64,000 nt of DNA from Burkholderiales bacterium (lineage in GTDB: Bacteria; Pseudomonadota; Gammaproteobacteria; Burkholderiales; Burkholderiaceae_F), in contig OMSW01000112.1 in assembly GCA_900290295.1 (NCBI GenBank), positions 48,353 through 112,352 on the forward strand, read 5' to 3'. Under the pieces are notes generated by a model, which saw only the letters and a program-made list of their open reading frames with translations, was not told the origin of the DNA and did no database searches. Both the position numbers and the translations under genes were made by a program. Shown one piece after another: positions 42,584-53,900 of this stretch (within the stretch, counting starts at the first letter, position 1; the number at the start of each line of letters is the position of its first letter).

Positions 42584-42904
42584 ATGCTCACCAAATCCGT
42601 TCTTGTTCTCACAGCATTTGTGACCATCGCGACGAGCGTCGACGCGCGTTCCACCGCCGCAACGCGGGTCGCGGCTACCGTCAGCGCAGCTCCGATCAAA
42701 AATACCGTAGTAGTAGCGCCGCCCACCGCGAAGGTGTTGAGGACAATTCCCGCGTCACTTAATTGGACGTGCAGCAGTTCGCTTGGGGAATATACGTGCA
42801 CCGACCCGAAGACGGGCAAGAGTTACGTTTGCACGAACGCGGACGCCTCGGGCGCCAGAATGTGCGAGGTGGGAGACGACAACATCCCGGGTTCGACTGG
42901 TTGA
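42584..42904 (+). CDS. Small putatively secreted protein with 4 Cys
   Basis: RBS GGAG, Sec-like signal peptide (MLTKSVLVLTAFVTIATSVDA), C-terminal C-x8-C-x10-C-x10-C. Confidence 0.65.
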   Translation: MLTKSVLVLTAFVTIATSVDARSTAATRVAATVSAAPIKNTVVVAPPTAKVLRTIPASLNWTCSSSLGEYTCTDPKTGKSYVCTNADASGARMCEVGDDNIPGSTG

Positions 42905-42939
42905 AGCGCTTGCGCTTGCGAAACGCTTGCGGGTCCATA

Positions 42940-43067
42940 CCTTGCCCTGGGATCGCAGGTCCGGGAGTTACGAGCGCAGGGGGTTGCCGATACCGGAAAT
43001 CGCCGAGGTAATGGGCCTGCGCTGGCGCACCGTGCACCGCTTGCTTGACGGAGCCGAAGCCTCCTGA
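42940..43067 (+). pseudogene. Frameshifted helix-turn-helix remnant (resolvase/transposase type)
   Basis: Removing one G from the G5 run gives QVRELRAQGLPIPEIAEVMGLRWRTVHRLLDG. Confidence 0.55.
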
Positions 43068-43175
43068 TCGAGGGCGGAGCGCTTGCCGGTGTCCGGGATC
43101 GTCGAAATTCCGGTACTTGCCATAACTAGCCGGCCGGATTGCAAGGCATTGGTCGTTCGGTCTGCGCTCGCTTCG

Positions 43176-43509
43176 GCGGCGGCAAATTCGTCGCCGCCGT
43201 TGCCTCAGTAGCTGCCGCAGGATTTGCAACGTCCTTTTCAGGTCGGTGGCAGGCGCGCGACCTGTTCCTGCACCTTGGTCAGGGTCGCTGCGAATTGCGC
43301 CAGCCGCTCGCGCTCCTGGGCGACAATTGCCGCCGGCGCGCGTTGCACGAAGCTCGGCGTAGCAAGGCGGCTATGGGCCTTGGCAATCTCCGCCTGCAGC
43401 CGCATGACCTCCTTGCCCAGACGCTCGCGCTCGGCCGCGACGTCCACCTGCACCAGCAGCAAGAAGCGATAGGCGTCCACGACCGCGACCGGGGCCGTAC
43501 CGGTTTGGG
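43176..43509. repeat. Diverged direct repeat, copy 2 (functional valS 3' end)
   Basis: Matches 42058-42390; identical core 43399-43476. Confidence 0.95.
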
Positions 43510-46093
43510 GATTCGAGGCCAGGTCGACCAGCGCCCGTACCGAGTCCAGGCGCGCGAGTGCCATCAGGTAGGGGGCGAACGCATCGACCTGCGGGCTCGG
43601 CGGGGAAATCACCATCGGGACCTTGATGGAAGGAGACAGGTTCATCTCGCCGCGCATGTTGCGAGCCGCATCGATCAACTGCTTGAGCACGCGCACCTGA
43701 GTATCCGCGGCGGGGTCGATCCGGTCCGGCTCGCTGCGCGGGTAGGCCTGGATCATGATCGACGTCTGCTCGCCGGGTGCCCGTTTGCCGGCCAGGAGGG
43801 AAGCCCGCTGCCAGAGTTCCTCGGTGATGAACGGAATGATGGGGTGGGCCAGCCGCAGCAGTGCCTCGAGCACGCTCAGCAGCGTTCGCCGGGTCGCGCG
43901 TTGCTGTGCGTCATTGCCGTGTGCGAGTTGCACCTTGGCCAGTTCCAGGTACCAGTCGCAGTATTCATCCCAGGCAAAGCGGTAGATTGCCTGCGCAACG
44001 TTGTCGAGCCGATAGTCGCCGAATCCCTTCTCCACGTCGGCGGCGGTGCGCTGCAGTTCGCCCATGATCCAACGATCCACAAAGGACAGCTCGCATTCTG
44101 CGGCGTCGCTGCCGCAGTCGCGGCCCTCGGTGTTCATCAGGACAAACCGCGTGGCGTTCCACAACTTGTTGCAGAAATTGCGGTAACCCTCGCAACGCTT
44201 GAACTCGAAATTGATGTTGCGCCCGAGGGTCGCGTAGGCGGCCATGGTGAAGCGCAGCGCATCGGCGCCGTATGCCGGCATGCCGGCCGGGAAATCCCGG
44301 CGCAGACGCTGCTCGACTTTCGGCGCATCCTCGGGACGGCGCAAGCCGGCGGTGTTCTTGCGCACCAGCGCCTCCAGATCGATGCCGTCGAGCAGATCGA
44401 CGGGATCGATCGTGTTGCCCTCGGACTTGCTCATCTTCTTGCCCTCGGCGTCGCGCACGATCCCATGGATATAGACGTCACGAAACGGTATCCGCCCCGT
44501 GAAGTGGGTCGTCATGACGACCATCCGGGCGACCCAGAAGAAGAGGATCTCGTGTCCGGTCACGAGGACCGACGAAGGAAGGTAGCGATCGTAGGCGGCG
44601 CGCCCCGCCGCGTCCGATGGCGCTGCCTCGAGGGTGGAAAACGGCACCAGCGCCGAGGAGAACCAGGTGTCCAGGACGTCCGGATCGCGGTGCAGGATCT
44701 TGCCCGGGCCGGCGGCGTGCGCCCTGGCATATGCCTCCTGCTCGGTGCGGGCAACGTAGATACCGCCGTGTTCATCGTGCCATGCGGGAATCTGGTGCCC
44801 CCACCAGAGCTGACGCGAGATGCACCAATCTTGAACGTTCGTCAGCCATTGCCGATAAACCAGCCGCCACTGCTCGGGAACGATACGAATGGCGCCACTT
44901 TCGACGGCGTCCAGTGCCGCCTGAGCAAGGCTTTTGCCGGCATTGGGCGTCCCGGCCGGGGTCGGTTTGCTCATGGCCACATACCATTGATCCGAAAGCA
45001 TCGGCTCGACAACCTCGCCGGTGCGTTCGCAGCGCGGCACCACCATGCGATGGGGTTTCTCGGACACGAGCAACCCGGCTGCGCGCAACTCGCCCAGGAC
45101 TGCCAAGCGGGCCGCATACCGATCCATGCCGCGAAATCGCGCCGGTGCGTTGGCATTGAGCGTCGCGGTCGGCGTGAAGATCGAAATCGGCACCAGCCCA
45201 TGTCGCTGCGCGACCGCGAAATCATTGAAATCGTGCGCCGGCGTGATTTTGACGCAGCCGGTGCCGAATTCGGCGTCGACGAATTCGTCGCCAACAACGG
45301 GGATGGTGCGGTCGCACAAGGGAAGCTGCAATCTGCTGCCGATCGCCGATCGATGACGCGGGTCACCCGGATGGACGGCGACCGCGACGTCGCCGAGCAA
45401 GGTCTCCGGTCGTGTCGTGGCCACGACCAGGCCGGTACTGCCGTCGGCTGCCGGGTAGCGGATTTCCCAGATGCGTCCGTCTTCTTCCTGCGATTCGACT
45501 TCCAGATCCGATACCGCCGTCTGTAGCTGGGGATCCCAGTTGACCAGGCGCTGCCCGCGATAGATGAGCCCCTGCTCATAGAGTTGCACGAACGCTTCGA
45601 CGACGGCCCGCGAGCGCGCCTCGTCCATCGTGAAATACGCGCGCTTCCAGTCGCAGGAGTCGCCCAGACGCTTCATTTGCCGCAGAATCGTATCGCCGGA
45701 TTGTTGCTTCCAAGCCCAGACCTTCTGGACAAAATCGGCGCGATCCATATTGCGTCGGTGTATGCCCTGCAGTTCGAGCTGGCGCTCGACGACGATCTGG
45801 GTCGCGATTCCTGCATGATCGATGCCCGGCAGCCACAGGGTGTTTTCGCCGAGCATGCGGTGATAGCGCGTGAGCGCGTCCATGATGGTCTGATTGAACG
45901 CGTGGCCCATATGCAGGATGCCGGTGACATTCGGTGGCGGCAACTGGATTCCAAACGATGGCCGATCCTCGCGTGCGCCGGCGTCGAAATAGCCGCGTGC
46001 CTCCCAGATGGGATACCAGCGGCGCTCGATTTCGCTGGGGTCGAAACTCTTGGGCAGCGCCGTTGCCGGTGTCGCATCTTTGGATGCTGTCAA
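43238..46093 (-). CDS. valS: Valine--tRNA ligase
   Basis: [45 protein letters not shown]. Confidence 0.98.
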   Translation of the reverse strand: MTASKDATPATALPKSFDPSEIERRWYPIWEARGYFDAGAREDRPSFGIQLPPPNVTGILHMGHAFNQTIMDALTRYHRMLGENTLWLPGIDHAGIATQIVVERQLELQGIHRRNMDRADFVQKVWAWKQQSGDTILRQMKRLGDSCDWKRAYFTMDEARSRAVVEAFVQLYEQGLIYRGQRLVNWDPQLQTAVSDLEVESQEEDGRIWEIRYPAADGSTGLVVATTRPETLLGDVAVAVHPGDPRHRSAIGSRLQLPLCDRTIPVVGDEFVDAEFGTGCVKITPAHDFNDFAVAQRHGLVPISIFTPTATLNANAPARFRGMDRYAARLAVLGELRAAGLLVSEKPHRMVVPRCERTGEVVEPMLSDQWYVAMSKPTPAGTPNAGKSLAQAALDAVESGAIRIVPEQWRLVYRQWLTNVQDWCISRQLWWGHQIPAWHDEHGGIYVARTEQEAYARAHAAGPGKILHRDPDVLDTWFSSALVPFSTLEAAPSDAAGRAAYDRYLPSSVLVTGHEILFFWVARMVVMTTHFTGRIPFRDVYIHGIVRDAEGKKMSKSEGNTIDPVDLLDGIDLEALVRKNTAGLRRPEDAPKVEQRLRRDFPAGMPAYGADALRFTMAAYATLGRNINFEFKRCEGYRNFCNKLWNATRFVLMNTEGRDCGSDAAECELSFVDRWIMGELQRTAADVEKGFGDYRLDNVAQAIYRFAWDEYCDWYLELAKVQLAHGNDAQQRATRRTLLSVLEALLRLAHPIIPFITEELWQRASLLAGKRAPGEQTSIMIQAYPRSEPDRIDPAADTQVRVLKQLIDAARNMRGEMNLSPSIKVPMVISPPSPQVDAFAPYLMALARLDSVRALVDLASNPQTGTAPVAVVDAYRFLLLVQVDVAAERERLGKEVMRLQAEIAKAHSRLATPSFVQRAPAAIVAQERERLAQFAATLTKVQEQVARLPPT

Positions 46094-46095
46094 CG

Positions 46096-46638
46096 CTATC
46101 CCCGATTGGAATTGCGCAGTCGCTCTAGCTCGGCGTGCACGGCACGTTCGACGATCTCGCGCAGGGAAGCGGCAATCGCAAGTCGCGTGTCGGCGGCAAG
46201 GCTGCTAAGGACGCGTTCGATCGCGGCATTCATGCGCGTGCGCACGATGGCTTCGACCTCGCGCGGCAATTGGTTGGCAATCTCCCGCAAGATCGATGTT
46301 CGCAATTCGATCTCGATCCGCGCCCAGTGCCCGCTGTCCGTTGCGGAATGGGGTACCGGACCCGGAGTGCCACCGGTCGTACCGAGGACGTTGATGGGCT
46401 CCGGCGGGGCGACGGGTGCGATGCGCGAGCGCGGTAACGGGGCCGGCGGAGGGTCGGGCAAGGCGGTCAAGGCAGCAAATGCCGATTCCTGGTTTTGTCC
46501 GGTCGACTCGATCAGCGGCAAGGTCGTGTCGAAATCGAGCGGGGGCAGTCCCAGGCGCTCCGTCAGCACGGGGATCGACGGATCATCAGCGCTTTCCCCC
46601 GGCGCTCGCGGCTCGGATGTCTTCGGTGGCGTGCTCAT
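46096..46638 (-). CDS. Hypothetical protein, DUF2486-like
   Basis: SIPVLTE motif, Pro-rich linker and C-terminal helices; located between holC and valS. Confidence 0.7.
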   Translation of the reverse strand: MSTPPKTSEPRAPGESADDPSIPVLTERLGLPPLDFDTTLPLIESTGQNQESAFAALTALPDPPPAPLPRSRIAPVAPPEPINVLGTTGGTPGPVPHSATDSGHWARIEIELRTSILREIANQLPREVEAIVRTRMNAAIERVLSSLAADTRLAIAASLREIVERAVHAELERLRNSNRG

Positions 46639-46670
46639 CGTGGCGTACCCATGGTTGCGTACTTACATAT

Positions 46671-47111
46671 CTATGGCATTCCAATCTCATGCGCAACGGG
46701 AGTGAATCCCGCGTCCCGGTAGGTCTTGAAACGGGTCCGTGCCCGCGCGCGATCCGCCGGATCGGTCGACACGACGTCGATCACACGTTCAAATCGCGGG
46801 AACCACGTCTTGAACTGCGGTGCCGGCTCATCGTCGAGAAGCAGCAACAGGTCGCGCTGCCCATCGGGCTGGGTTGGGCTCAGCCAGATCGGTGTGGCGG
46901 CGGCCAGCGGTGAGGGCAGGCCGACGTGCGGCAGGAAGTCGAGCGCGGAAAAAGTCCAGAGCGCCAGGTCCAGGCGTGACAGGCGCTCGTCGTCGCGGCT
47001 GAAGACCAGCACCGTTTTGTCGGCACTGCGCGCCTTGCGAACGACGCGGCACGCGTAGGCGACGCAGTGATCGACATTGAAATGGAAATCAATCGTCGGG
47101 ACGCCCGCCAT
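46671..47111 (-). CDS. holC: DNA polymerase III subunit chi
   Basis: IDFHFN, ACR..RKA, LD..LWTF...FLPH, FERVI.VV, AR.RF..YR; follows pepA. Confidence 0.93.
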   Translation of the reverse strand: MAGVPTIDFHFNVDHCVAYACRVVRKARSADKTVLVFSRDDERLSRLDLALWTFSALDFLPHVGLPSPLAAATPIWLSPTQPDGQRDLLLLLDDEPAPQFKTWFPRFERVIDVVSTDPADRARARTRFKTYRDAGFTPVAHEIGMP

Positions 47112-47152
47112 GGCCTTGGCTCCGTCTTGTACGCGCTGGCGCCGAACCGCGA

Positions 47153-48658
47153 TCAGGCAGCCCGCGCCAGCAGGAATTCGGTCAACAGGGGGACGGGGCG
47201 CCCCGTCGCGCCCTTGGTCGTGCCCCCGCGGTAGGCGGTTCCGGCAATATCGAGATGGGCCCAATGCTGGTCCTTGACGAAACGCGCCAGGAAGCACGCG
47301 GCGGTAACGGACCCGGCGTTGCCCGGTGTGCCAATGTTGGCCATATCGGCGAAATTGGACTTCAGCTGATCCTGGTAGTCATCGTCGATCGGCATGCGCC
47401 AGACCGAGTCCCCGGCGTTGCGGGCGGCGGCGAGCAACTCGGCGGCAAGTTCGTCGTCCTTGGAAAACAGTCCCGAGTGGACGTTGCCGAGCGCCACCAC
47501 GCAGGCGCCGGTCAGGGTAGCAATGTCGATGATCGCGGCCGGACGGAAGCGTTGCACGTACGTAAGGGCGTCACACAGGATCAAGCGCCCCTCCGCATCG
47601 GTGTTGAGTATCTCGATCGTCTGACCGGACATGGAGGTGACGATGTCACCAGGTTTGGTGGCGCTTCCCGACGGAAGATTCTCGCAGGCGGGCACCACAC
47701 CGACGACATTGACCGTCGGTTTTAGCTCTGCAATGGCCCGCATCGTACCGAACACGGCGGCAGCCCCGCACATGTCGAATTTCATCTCGTCCATCTGTGC
47801 GCCTGGCTTTAGCGAAATCCCGCCGGAATCGAACGTGATCCCCTTGCCGACCAGGGCAACCGGATTGGCGAATCCCGAACCGCCGCTGCCTTGGTAGCGC
47901 AAGACGATGAGGCGCGGTGGTTGCACGGAACCGTGCGTTACGGAAAGGAAGGACCCCATGCCCAGCGCCTCGATCTGGCGCCGGTCGAAAATCTGCACCT
48001 TCAGGTGCCAGTCGCGCGCGAGCTTGCGGGCCTGGCTTGCGAGGTAATCCGGCGTGCAAAAATTGGCCGGCAGGTTTCCCAGTCGCTTGGCAAGTTCTAC
48101 CCCATTGGCAATGGCCTCGCCCTGGCGCAGCGCGGTTTCGAGCTCGCGCCCGCGCTTTTCTGCGAGCCAGGTGATGCGAAGCCGCTGATTGCCATCGTCC
48201 TCGCCGGCCGGCCTGTCGGAGGCCTTGGTTTTGAGCTCATCGCTGCGGAAACGGGTGGCGCGTGCCGCCGCCACCATGGCGCGCACGGACCAGCTTGGGG
48301 CGCGGCCCGCAACCTTCCAATCGGACGCTGCGAATGCCAGCGTGGTGACGCCGGCCCCGCAACCCCGCACCGTCGCGCTCACAACCTCGGAGAACGCCTT
48401 GTCGCCGAAGTCGGTGGATTTGCCGAGGCCGACCAGCGCGACACGGGCGCAGCCCACGCCGCTCAGGGAACGCAGCACCACCAGCGATCCGCGCTTGCCC
48501 TTCATATCGCCGCTGGCGATCGCGGCGTGTACCGCCCCGTGCGTCGCGCGGTCGACGCGCCGCGCGCTCGGGGTCGGCCCCAGGTCCTCGAACACCCCGA
48601 TCGCCAGGCAATCGACTTTGACGGACTCAGGTGCTGCGGTCTTCGTGTTAAATTCCAT
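47153..48658 (-). CDS. pepA: Leucyl aminopeptidase
   Basis: LVGKGITFDSGG, MKFDM.G, NTDAEGRL, IATLTGAC, WAHLDIAG. Confidence 0.96.
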   Translation of the reverse strand: MEFNTKTAAPESVKVDCLAIGVFEDLGPTPSARRVDRATHGAVHAAIASGDMKGKRGSLVVLRSLSGVGCARVALVGLGKSTDFGDKAFSEVVSATVRGCGAGVTTLAFAASDWKVAGRAPSWSVRAMVAAARATRFRSDELKTKASDRPAGEDDGNQRLRITWLAEKRGRELETALRQGEAIANGVELAKRLGNLPANFCTPDYLASQARKLARDWHLKVQIFDRRQIEALGMGSFLSVTHGSVQPPRLIVLRYQGSGGSGFANPVALVGKGITFDSGGISLKPGAQMDEMKFDMCGAAAVFGTMRAIAELKPTVNVVGVVPACENLPSGSATKPGDIVTSMSGQTIEILNTDAEGRLILCDALTYVQRFRPAAIIDIATLTGACVVALGNVHSGLFSKDDELAAELLAAARNAGDSVWRMPIDDDYQDQLKSNFADMANIGTPGNAGSVTAACFLARFVKDQHWAHLDIAGTAYRGGTTKGATGRPVPLLTEFLLARAA

Positions 48659-48964
48659 TGGTCTGTCCTATCCCTTGTTGGCGGCACATTGCGCAGCAAC
48701 CGTAATTCCCGAACCGATCACCATCTGCTGGCGATCGCCAGGCCGTGCCCGCAAACGGCAACCGCCTCCTTCGCTGAGCTCGCCGCGCTCCCGCCGGCCG
48801 AGAGGGCAGCGCCCGCGGCGGGGGCGCCGAGACATGAAAGCCGACGAGTATAGAGCCTGCACCGGCGGACGCAGCGGGCGGCCCCGTGCGAATCGGTTGA
48901 CGACAACGAGGCGAGCGCAAGACGTGAAGGGGCGCAGCCGACTCCGCAGGCGGCGCGGGCAGCA

Positions 48965-50077
48965 ATGATCTTTCGCCGTGCCATCGTCCAGGAAATCGCC
49001 AACAGTGCGGGTGCGGTTTTTTCGGTGCTCTTTTGCATCGTATTCACGCAGGTCCTGGTCCGTTTGCTTGGCGATGCGGCCAGCGGCGACGTCGACACCA
49101 AGGCCCTGTTCTCGATCGTTGCCCTCTCGACGCTCACCAATTTGCCGCTGGTGCTGACGCTGAGCGTGTTCATTGCCGTCCTGATCGCGCTGTCGCGCGC
49201 GTTTCGCGACTCCGAAATGGTTGTCTGGTTTGCCGCGGGCCAGAGCCTGGTGGCCTGGGTTCGGCCGGTGCTGCGGTTCGCGATACCGGTGGCCGGCGTA
49301 GTTGCCACCCTGGCATTGTTTGTTTCGCCATGGGCGGAGAGCATGATCGCGGAGGCGCGCCAGCGCTTCGAACACCGCGATGACGTCAGCAAGGTCACGC
49401 CCGGACGCTTCATCGAGTCCGCCGCCTCGGATCGGGTTTTCTTCGTGGAGAACCTGGATCTGGATGGCGCGCGGGTAAAGAGCGTTTTTGCCAGTCAGCG
49501 CAATGGCGACCACGAAATCGTGATCGTTGCAGCCCAGGGAAACGTTGAAACGCATGCCGATGGCGCGCGATTCCTGGTCCTGAGTCACGGTCGGCGCTAT
49601 GACGGCGCTGCCGGGGTCGCCGAGCACCGCGTGCTGGAGTTTGAGCGATACGCCATTCGGCTGGATTCCGCGGTGGAGGCGCCGCTGACCAATTCGAACG
49701 CGCGCACGCTTGCAACGGCGCAACTGCTGGCGGATCCGAGCCCACGCAACCTCGGCGAACTGCTCGGTCGTTTTGGCCTTCCCATAGCTGCCGTCGTCCT
49801 GGCCCTGCTGGCCGTGCCACTAGCGTACGTCAATCCGCGTGTGGGGCGTTCGGCCAATCTGATCTTTGCCACCTTGCTTGCGCTGATCTACCTCAATTCG
49901 CTGCAGATCATGCAGGCATCGGTGCAGCGCGGACACATGGGTTTCGGCACCGCCGTTTGGTTGGGACACGCGGTTGCTATTGCGCTCCTCATGGCCCTGT
50001 TTGCTCACCGAATCTACCTGCGACGCTGGCTGCCGCACTGGCCGCGATTGGCAGCACGGACAGGCTCTGAACCATGA
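48965..50077 (+). CDS. lptF: LPS export permease LptF
   Basis: R.FRDSEM.VW...G.SL, PGRF.E, G.RY, PLAYVNPR.GRS; divergent from pepA. Confidence 0.93.
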   Translation: MIFRRAIVQEIANSAGAVFSVLFCIVFTQVLVRLLGDAASGDVDTKALFSIVALSTLTNLPLVLTLSVFIAVLIALSRAFRDSEMVVWFAAGQSLVAWVRPVLRFAIPVAGVVATLALFVSPWAESMIAEARQRFEHRDDVSKVTPGRFIESAASDRVFFVENLDLDGARVKSVFASQRNGDHEIVIVAAQGNVETHADGARFLVLSHGRRYDGAAGVAEHRVLEFERYAIRLDSAVEAPLTNSNARTLATAQLLADPSPRNLGELLGRFGLPIAAVVLALLAVPLAYVNPRVGRSANLIFATLLALIYLNSLQIMQASVQRGHMGFGTAVWLGHAVAIALLMALFAHRIYLRRWLPHWPRLAARTGSEP

Positions 50078-51225
50078 GGACCCTGCGGCACTACCTCTGG
50101 CGGGAAATAGCGAGCGCAACCTTGTTCGTCTTGCTGTCACTGATCGGTATCTTTGCCTTGTTCGACCTCATCAATCAGCTGGGCGACGTGGGTCGCTCGG
50201 GCTATCAATTCGTTCAAGCGCTGATCTTTGTCGCGTTGCTCGCGCCGGCACACACGTACGAGCTCATGCCGATCGCCGCGCTGATCGGCACCATTTACGC
50301 CTTGTCCAAGCTCGCCGCCAATTCGGAATTCACGATCATGCGCGTCTCGGGCATGACCACGCGCCGACTGGCCGATGCCGTGCTTTGGGTCAGCCTGGGC
50401 CTGGTTGCGCTGGCGTACGTGTTTGGCGAGATCATCGCGCCGCCCGCCGAGGACCTGGCGCAGCGTTTCCGATCGCGCGCTATCGGAGCGGCGATCGGGC
50501 AGGAATTTCGCTCCGGTGTGTGGGTGCGGGACTTGACGCACGCAGCCGATGGTCGGCCGGATCGCACGCGCTTCGTCAATGTCGCGAAGGTCAATCCCGA
50601 CGGAAGCGTAGACAATTGGCGGATCTTCGAGTTCGATCCCGAGCTGCGTTTGCGATCGATCAGTACTGCCGTCAGCGGGAGTTATGAGAAAGGACGCGGC
50701 TGGCTGCTTGCCGACGTTGTCGATACCGAGCTGCCTCCGGTCGACGCAAAAACGGATACGGCGGCCAGCGCGGCACCGGGCACTCAGTTTAGTACGCGCG
50801 TCGTCCGTGAACCGTTTCGGCTATGGCAATCCGAACTTACTCCCGCCATCTTCGGGGTGCTGATGGTGCAGCCCGAGCGTCTAAGCGCGTACAGCCTGTA
50901 TCACTACATCAACCACCTGACCGAGAACCACCAGCGGACGGACCGGTACGAGATCGCTCTATGGAAGAAGCTGTTCTATCCACTCGTGTGCGTGGTCATG
51001 ATGGCGCTGGCCTTGCCGTTTGCGTATCTGCACGTTCGCGCCGGGACCGTCAGCCTGAAGATCTTCACTGGCATCATGATCGGGGTGTTGTTCTACGCGA
51101 TGAACAAGCTATTCTCGCACTTGGGTCTGATCAATACCTGGCCCCCGGTAGTCGTAGCCGGTTTGCCCGCGTTCGTGGTCCTGATAATTGCGTTGGGGAC
51201 GCTGTACTGGGTCGAACGCCGCTGA
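50074..51225 (+). CDS. lptG: LPS export permease LptG
   Basis: YELMPIAALIG, LA.NSEF.IMR.SG, LWKKLFYP, ALPFAY. Confidence 0.93.
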   Translation: MRTLRHYLWREIASATLFVLLSLIGIFALFDLINQLGDVGRSGYQFVQALIFVALLAPAHTYELMPIAALIGTIYALSKLAANSEFTIMRVSGMTTRRLADAVLWVSLGLVALAYVFGEIIAPPAEDLAQRFRSRAIGAAIGQEFRSGVWVRDLTHAADGRPDRTRFVNVAKVNPDGSVDNWRIFEFDPELRLRSISTAVSGSYEKGRGWLLADVVDTELPPVDAKTDTAASAAPGTQFSTRVVREPFRLWQSELTPAIFGVLMVQPERLSAYSLYHYINHLTENHQRTDRYEIALWKKLFYPLVCVVMMALALPFAYLHVRAGTVSLKIFTGIMIGVLFYAMNKLFSHLGLINTWPPVVVAGLPAFVVLIIALGTLYWVERR

Positions 51226-51294
51226 CGGGAGCCCTGGCATTGCGGTTTGCTCGACTGCGGCGGTCCGCGGGGCACGCCGACCATCGGCCTGCGG

Positions 51295-52983
51295 TCAATA
51301 GCTAAGATCGCCGTCGGTAATAGCTCCCTTGCTGGCGCTGGAAACGAGCTTGGCAAATTTTGCCAGCACGCCGCGCGTGTAGCGCGGCGCCGGCGGTGTC
51401 CACCGGGCGCGGCGCTGCTCGAGTTCCTGGTCGCTGACGTGCAGCTGCAGCAGACGCCGGCCGGCGTCGATCGAGATCGTCTCGCCTTCCCGGATAAGCG
51501 CGATCGCACCGCCGACGTAGGCCTCCGGGGCAACATGGCCGACGACCATGCCCCAGGTTCCCCCGGAAAAACGGCCGTCGGTGATGAGGCCCACGCTTTC
51601 GCCCAAGCCCTTGCCGATGATCGCCGAGGTCGGCGCCAGCATTTCGCGCATGCCCGGTCCGCCCTTGGGTCCTTCGTAGCGGATGACGATCACGTCACCC
51701 GGGCGGATCCGGTCCCCCAGGATCGCCTCCATCGCGGCGTCTTCCGAATCAAACACGCGCGCCGGACCGCTCATCGACGGGTTTTTCAAACCCGTGATCT
51801 TGGCTACACAGCCTTCGGTTGCCAGGTTTCCCCGGAGGATCGCCAGGTGACCCTGGCGGTACATCGGCTCCTCCCAGGGACGGATCACGTCCTGGCCGGG
51901 GTCCGGTCGCTCCGGTACCTGGGCCAGAACCTCGGCCATCGTCTGGCCGGTAATCGTCATGCATTCCCCATGCAACTGCCCGTTGGCGAGCAGGATCTTG
52001 AGCACCTGGGGAATGCCGCCGGCCCGGTGCAGATCGGTGGCCACGTAGCGCCCAGAGGGCTTGAGATCGCACAGGACCGGCACGCGCGACCGTACCCGTT
52101 CGAAATCATCGATCGTCCACTCCACTTGCGCCGCATGGGCGATGGCGAGATAGTGCAGCACCGCGTTGGTCGAACCACCGACGGCCATGACGAGACTGAC
52201 CGCGTTCTCGATCGAGGAGCGCGTGATGATATCGCGCGGCCGCAGCCCCTTCTCGATGGCCTGAACCAGTACTCGTGCCGAAAGCGCAGCGCTGTCGCGC
52301 TTTTCCGAGTCCGGGTTGGCCATCGTCGAGGAATACGGCAGGCTCATCCCTAGCGCTTCGAACGAAGAGCTCATCGTGTTCGCGGTGAACATGCCGCCGC
52401 ACGAACCCGAACCCGGTATGCAGCGCCGCTCGATCTCGCGGAAGTCCTGCTCCGACAGGCGCCCCGCGGTGAATTCCCCCACGGCCTCGAACGCCGAAAC
52501 GATGGTCAGATCCTTGTCCTTGTAATGGCCCGGCTTTACCGTTCCTCCATAGACAAAGATCGCGGGCACGTTGCAGCGGGCGATGGCCATCATGGCGCCC
52601 GGCATGTTCTTGTCGCACCCGCCAACCACCAGGGCGCCGTCCATCCACTGGCCGTTGACGCAGGTTTCGATTCCGTCGGCGATCACCTCGCGCGAAACAA
52701 GCGAATACTTCATTCCCTCGGTGCCCATGCCGATCCCGTCGGACACCGTGGGCACGCCGAACACCTGCGAGTTGCACTTGCCGTCGGCGATTTCGGCAAT
52801 TGCGGCATCGACAAGGCGCTGCAGGCCGGAATTGCACGGCGTGATGGTCGAATGAGCGTTGGCCACACCGATCATCGGCTTGACGAAATCCTCGTCGCGA
52901 TAGCCCATGGCGTAGTACATCGCGCGATTGGGTGAGCGGGCCACGCCCTGGGTGACGTTGCGGGAGCGATCGTTGTGTGCCAT
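51295..52983 (-). CDS. ilvD: Dihydroxy-acid dehydratase
   Basis: [54 protein letters not shown]. Confidence 0.96.
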   Translation of the reverse strand: MAHNDRSRNVTQGVARSPNRAMYYAMGYRDEDFVKPMIGVANAHSTITPCNSGLQRLVDAAIAEIADGKCNSQVFGVPTVSDGIGMGTEGMKYSLVSREVIADGIETCVNGQWMDGALVVGGCDKNMPGAMMAIARCNVPAIFVYGGTVKPGHYKDKDLTIVSAFEAVGEFTAGRLSEQDFREIERRCIPGSGSCGGMFTANTMSSSFEALGMSLPYSSTMANPDSEKRDSAALSARVLVQAIEKGLRPRDIITRSSIENAVSLVMAVGGSTNAVLHYLAIAHAAQVEWTIDDFERVRSRVPVLCDLKPSGRYVATDLHRAGGIPQVLKILLANGQLHGECMTITGQTMAEVLAQVPERPDPGQDVIRPWEEPMYRQGHLAILRGNLATEGCVAKITGLKNPSMSGPARVFDSEDAAMEAILGDRIRPGDVIVIRYEGPKGGPGMREMLAPTSAIIGKGLGESVGLITDGRFSGGTWGMVVGHVAPEAYVGGAIALIREGETISIDAGRRLLQLHVSDQELEQRRARWTPPAPRYTRGVLAKFAKLVSSASKGAITDGDLSY

Positions 52984-53075
52984 TCGTTGCTCGTTGGAAA
53001 ATGCCGATGGGTTTTTGAGGTCGGACACTACAATGGCCAATTCTAGGCCGCAAATCCGGAAACATCGCCTGCCGC

Positions 53076-53900
53076 ATGCTTGTCCACCCGCAATTTGACC
53101 CGGTCGCGTTCTGGATCGGCCCGCTGCCGGTTCGCTGGTACGGATTGATGTACCTGCTCGGATTCATGCTCTTCCTGATCCTGGGCCGCAGGCGCGCGCG
53201 CGATTCCTGGCGCGGCTTCAGCACCCGCGATGTCGAGGATCTGCTGTTCTGGGGCGTTTTCGGCGTCATCATCGGCGGTCGGCTAGGGTATGTGCTGTTC
53301 TACCGGCCCGAGTACTACCTGCAGCACCCTCTGGAGATCCCCATGCTCTGGAAGGGTGGTATGGCTTCGCACGGCGGGATGGTCGGGGTGCTGGTGGTAC
53401 TGTGGTTGTTTGCCCGCGCGCGCGCCAAAAGTTTCCTGCAGGTGGCCGATTTTGCCGTGCCCCTGATCCCGCTCGGTTTGGCCGCCGGGCGAATGGGAAA
53501 TTTCATCAACGGCGAACTCTGGGGACGTCCTGCTGATCCGAACTTCTGGCCTTGGGCCATGGTGTTTCCTCAGGCGCATGACGGCATCCCTCGGCATCCG
53601 TCGCAGCTGTACCAATTCGCGCTCGAGGGTTTGCTCTTGTTTGCGATTCTTTGGTGGTTTTCGCGCAAGCCCCGCGCCCCGGGTGTGGTTGGCTGTGCAT
53701 TCCTGATCGGCTATGGAATTTTGCGCATCGTCGCCGAGTTTGCGCGCGAGCCCGACGATTTTCTGGGCTTGCTCGCAATGCACCTTTCCATGGGCCAGTG
53801 GCTTTCCCTGCCGATGGTGCTGATTGGAGTCGTCCTGCTGCCGATTTTGCAGCGGCGCGCGCGCGCTACCAGCGCGCCGGCGGTCGCCGCAGGATCATGA
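53076..53900 (+). CDS. lgt: Prolipoprotein diacylglyceryl transferase
   Basis: [48 protein letters not shown]. Confidence 0.96.
   Translation: MLVHPQFDPVAFWIGPLPVRWYGLMYLLGFMLFLILGRRRARDSWRGFSTRDVEDLLFWGVFGVIIGGRLGYVLFYRPEYYLQHPLEIPMLWKGGMASHGGMVGVLVVLWLFARARAKSFLQVADFAVPLIPLGLAAGRMGNFINGELWGRPADPNFWPWAMVFPQAHDGIPRHPSQLYQFALEGLLLFAILWWFSRKPRAPGVVGCAFLIGYGILRIVAEFAREPDDFLGLLAMHLSMGQWLSLPMVLIGVVLLPILQRRARATSAPAVAAGS

Larger units (their letters stand above)
42391..43175. mobile_element. Relic of an element inserted at the valS 3' end
   Basis: 785 bp flanked by the valS-end direct repeats; contains an orphan ORF and a frameshifted HTH; no integrase remains. Confidence 0.55.

Noticed and set aside
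42058-43509. valS repeats as a DGR template/variable repeat pair
   Set aside because: Mismatches involve all four bases plus an indel rather than adenine-specific changes, and no reverse transcriptase is present
43139-45526. 795-aa plus-strand ORF, and similar long antisense ORFs at 5096-6673, 10101-11438, 51247-52353 and 59312-61405
   Set aside because: They lie antisense to valS, maeB, pgk, ilvD and btuB; such shadow ORFs are expected from high-GC codon bias and show no recognisable motifs
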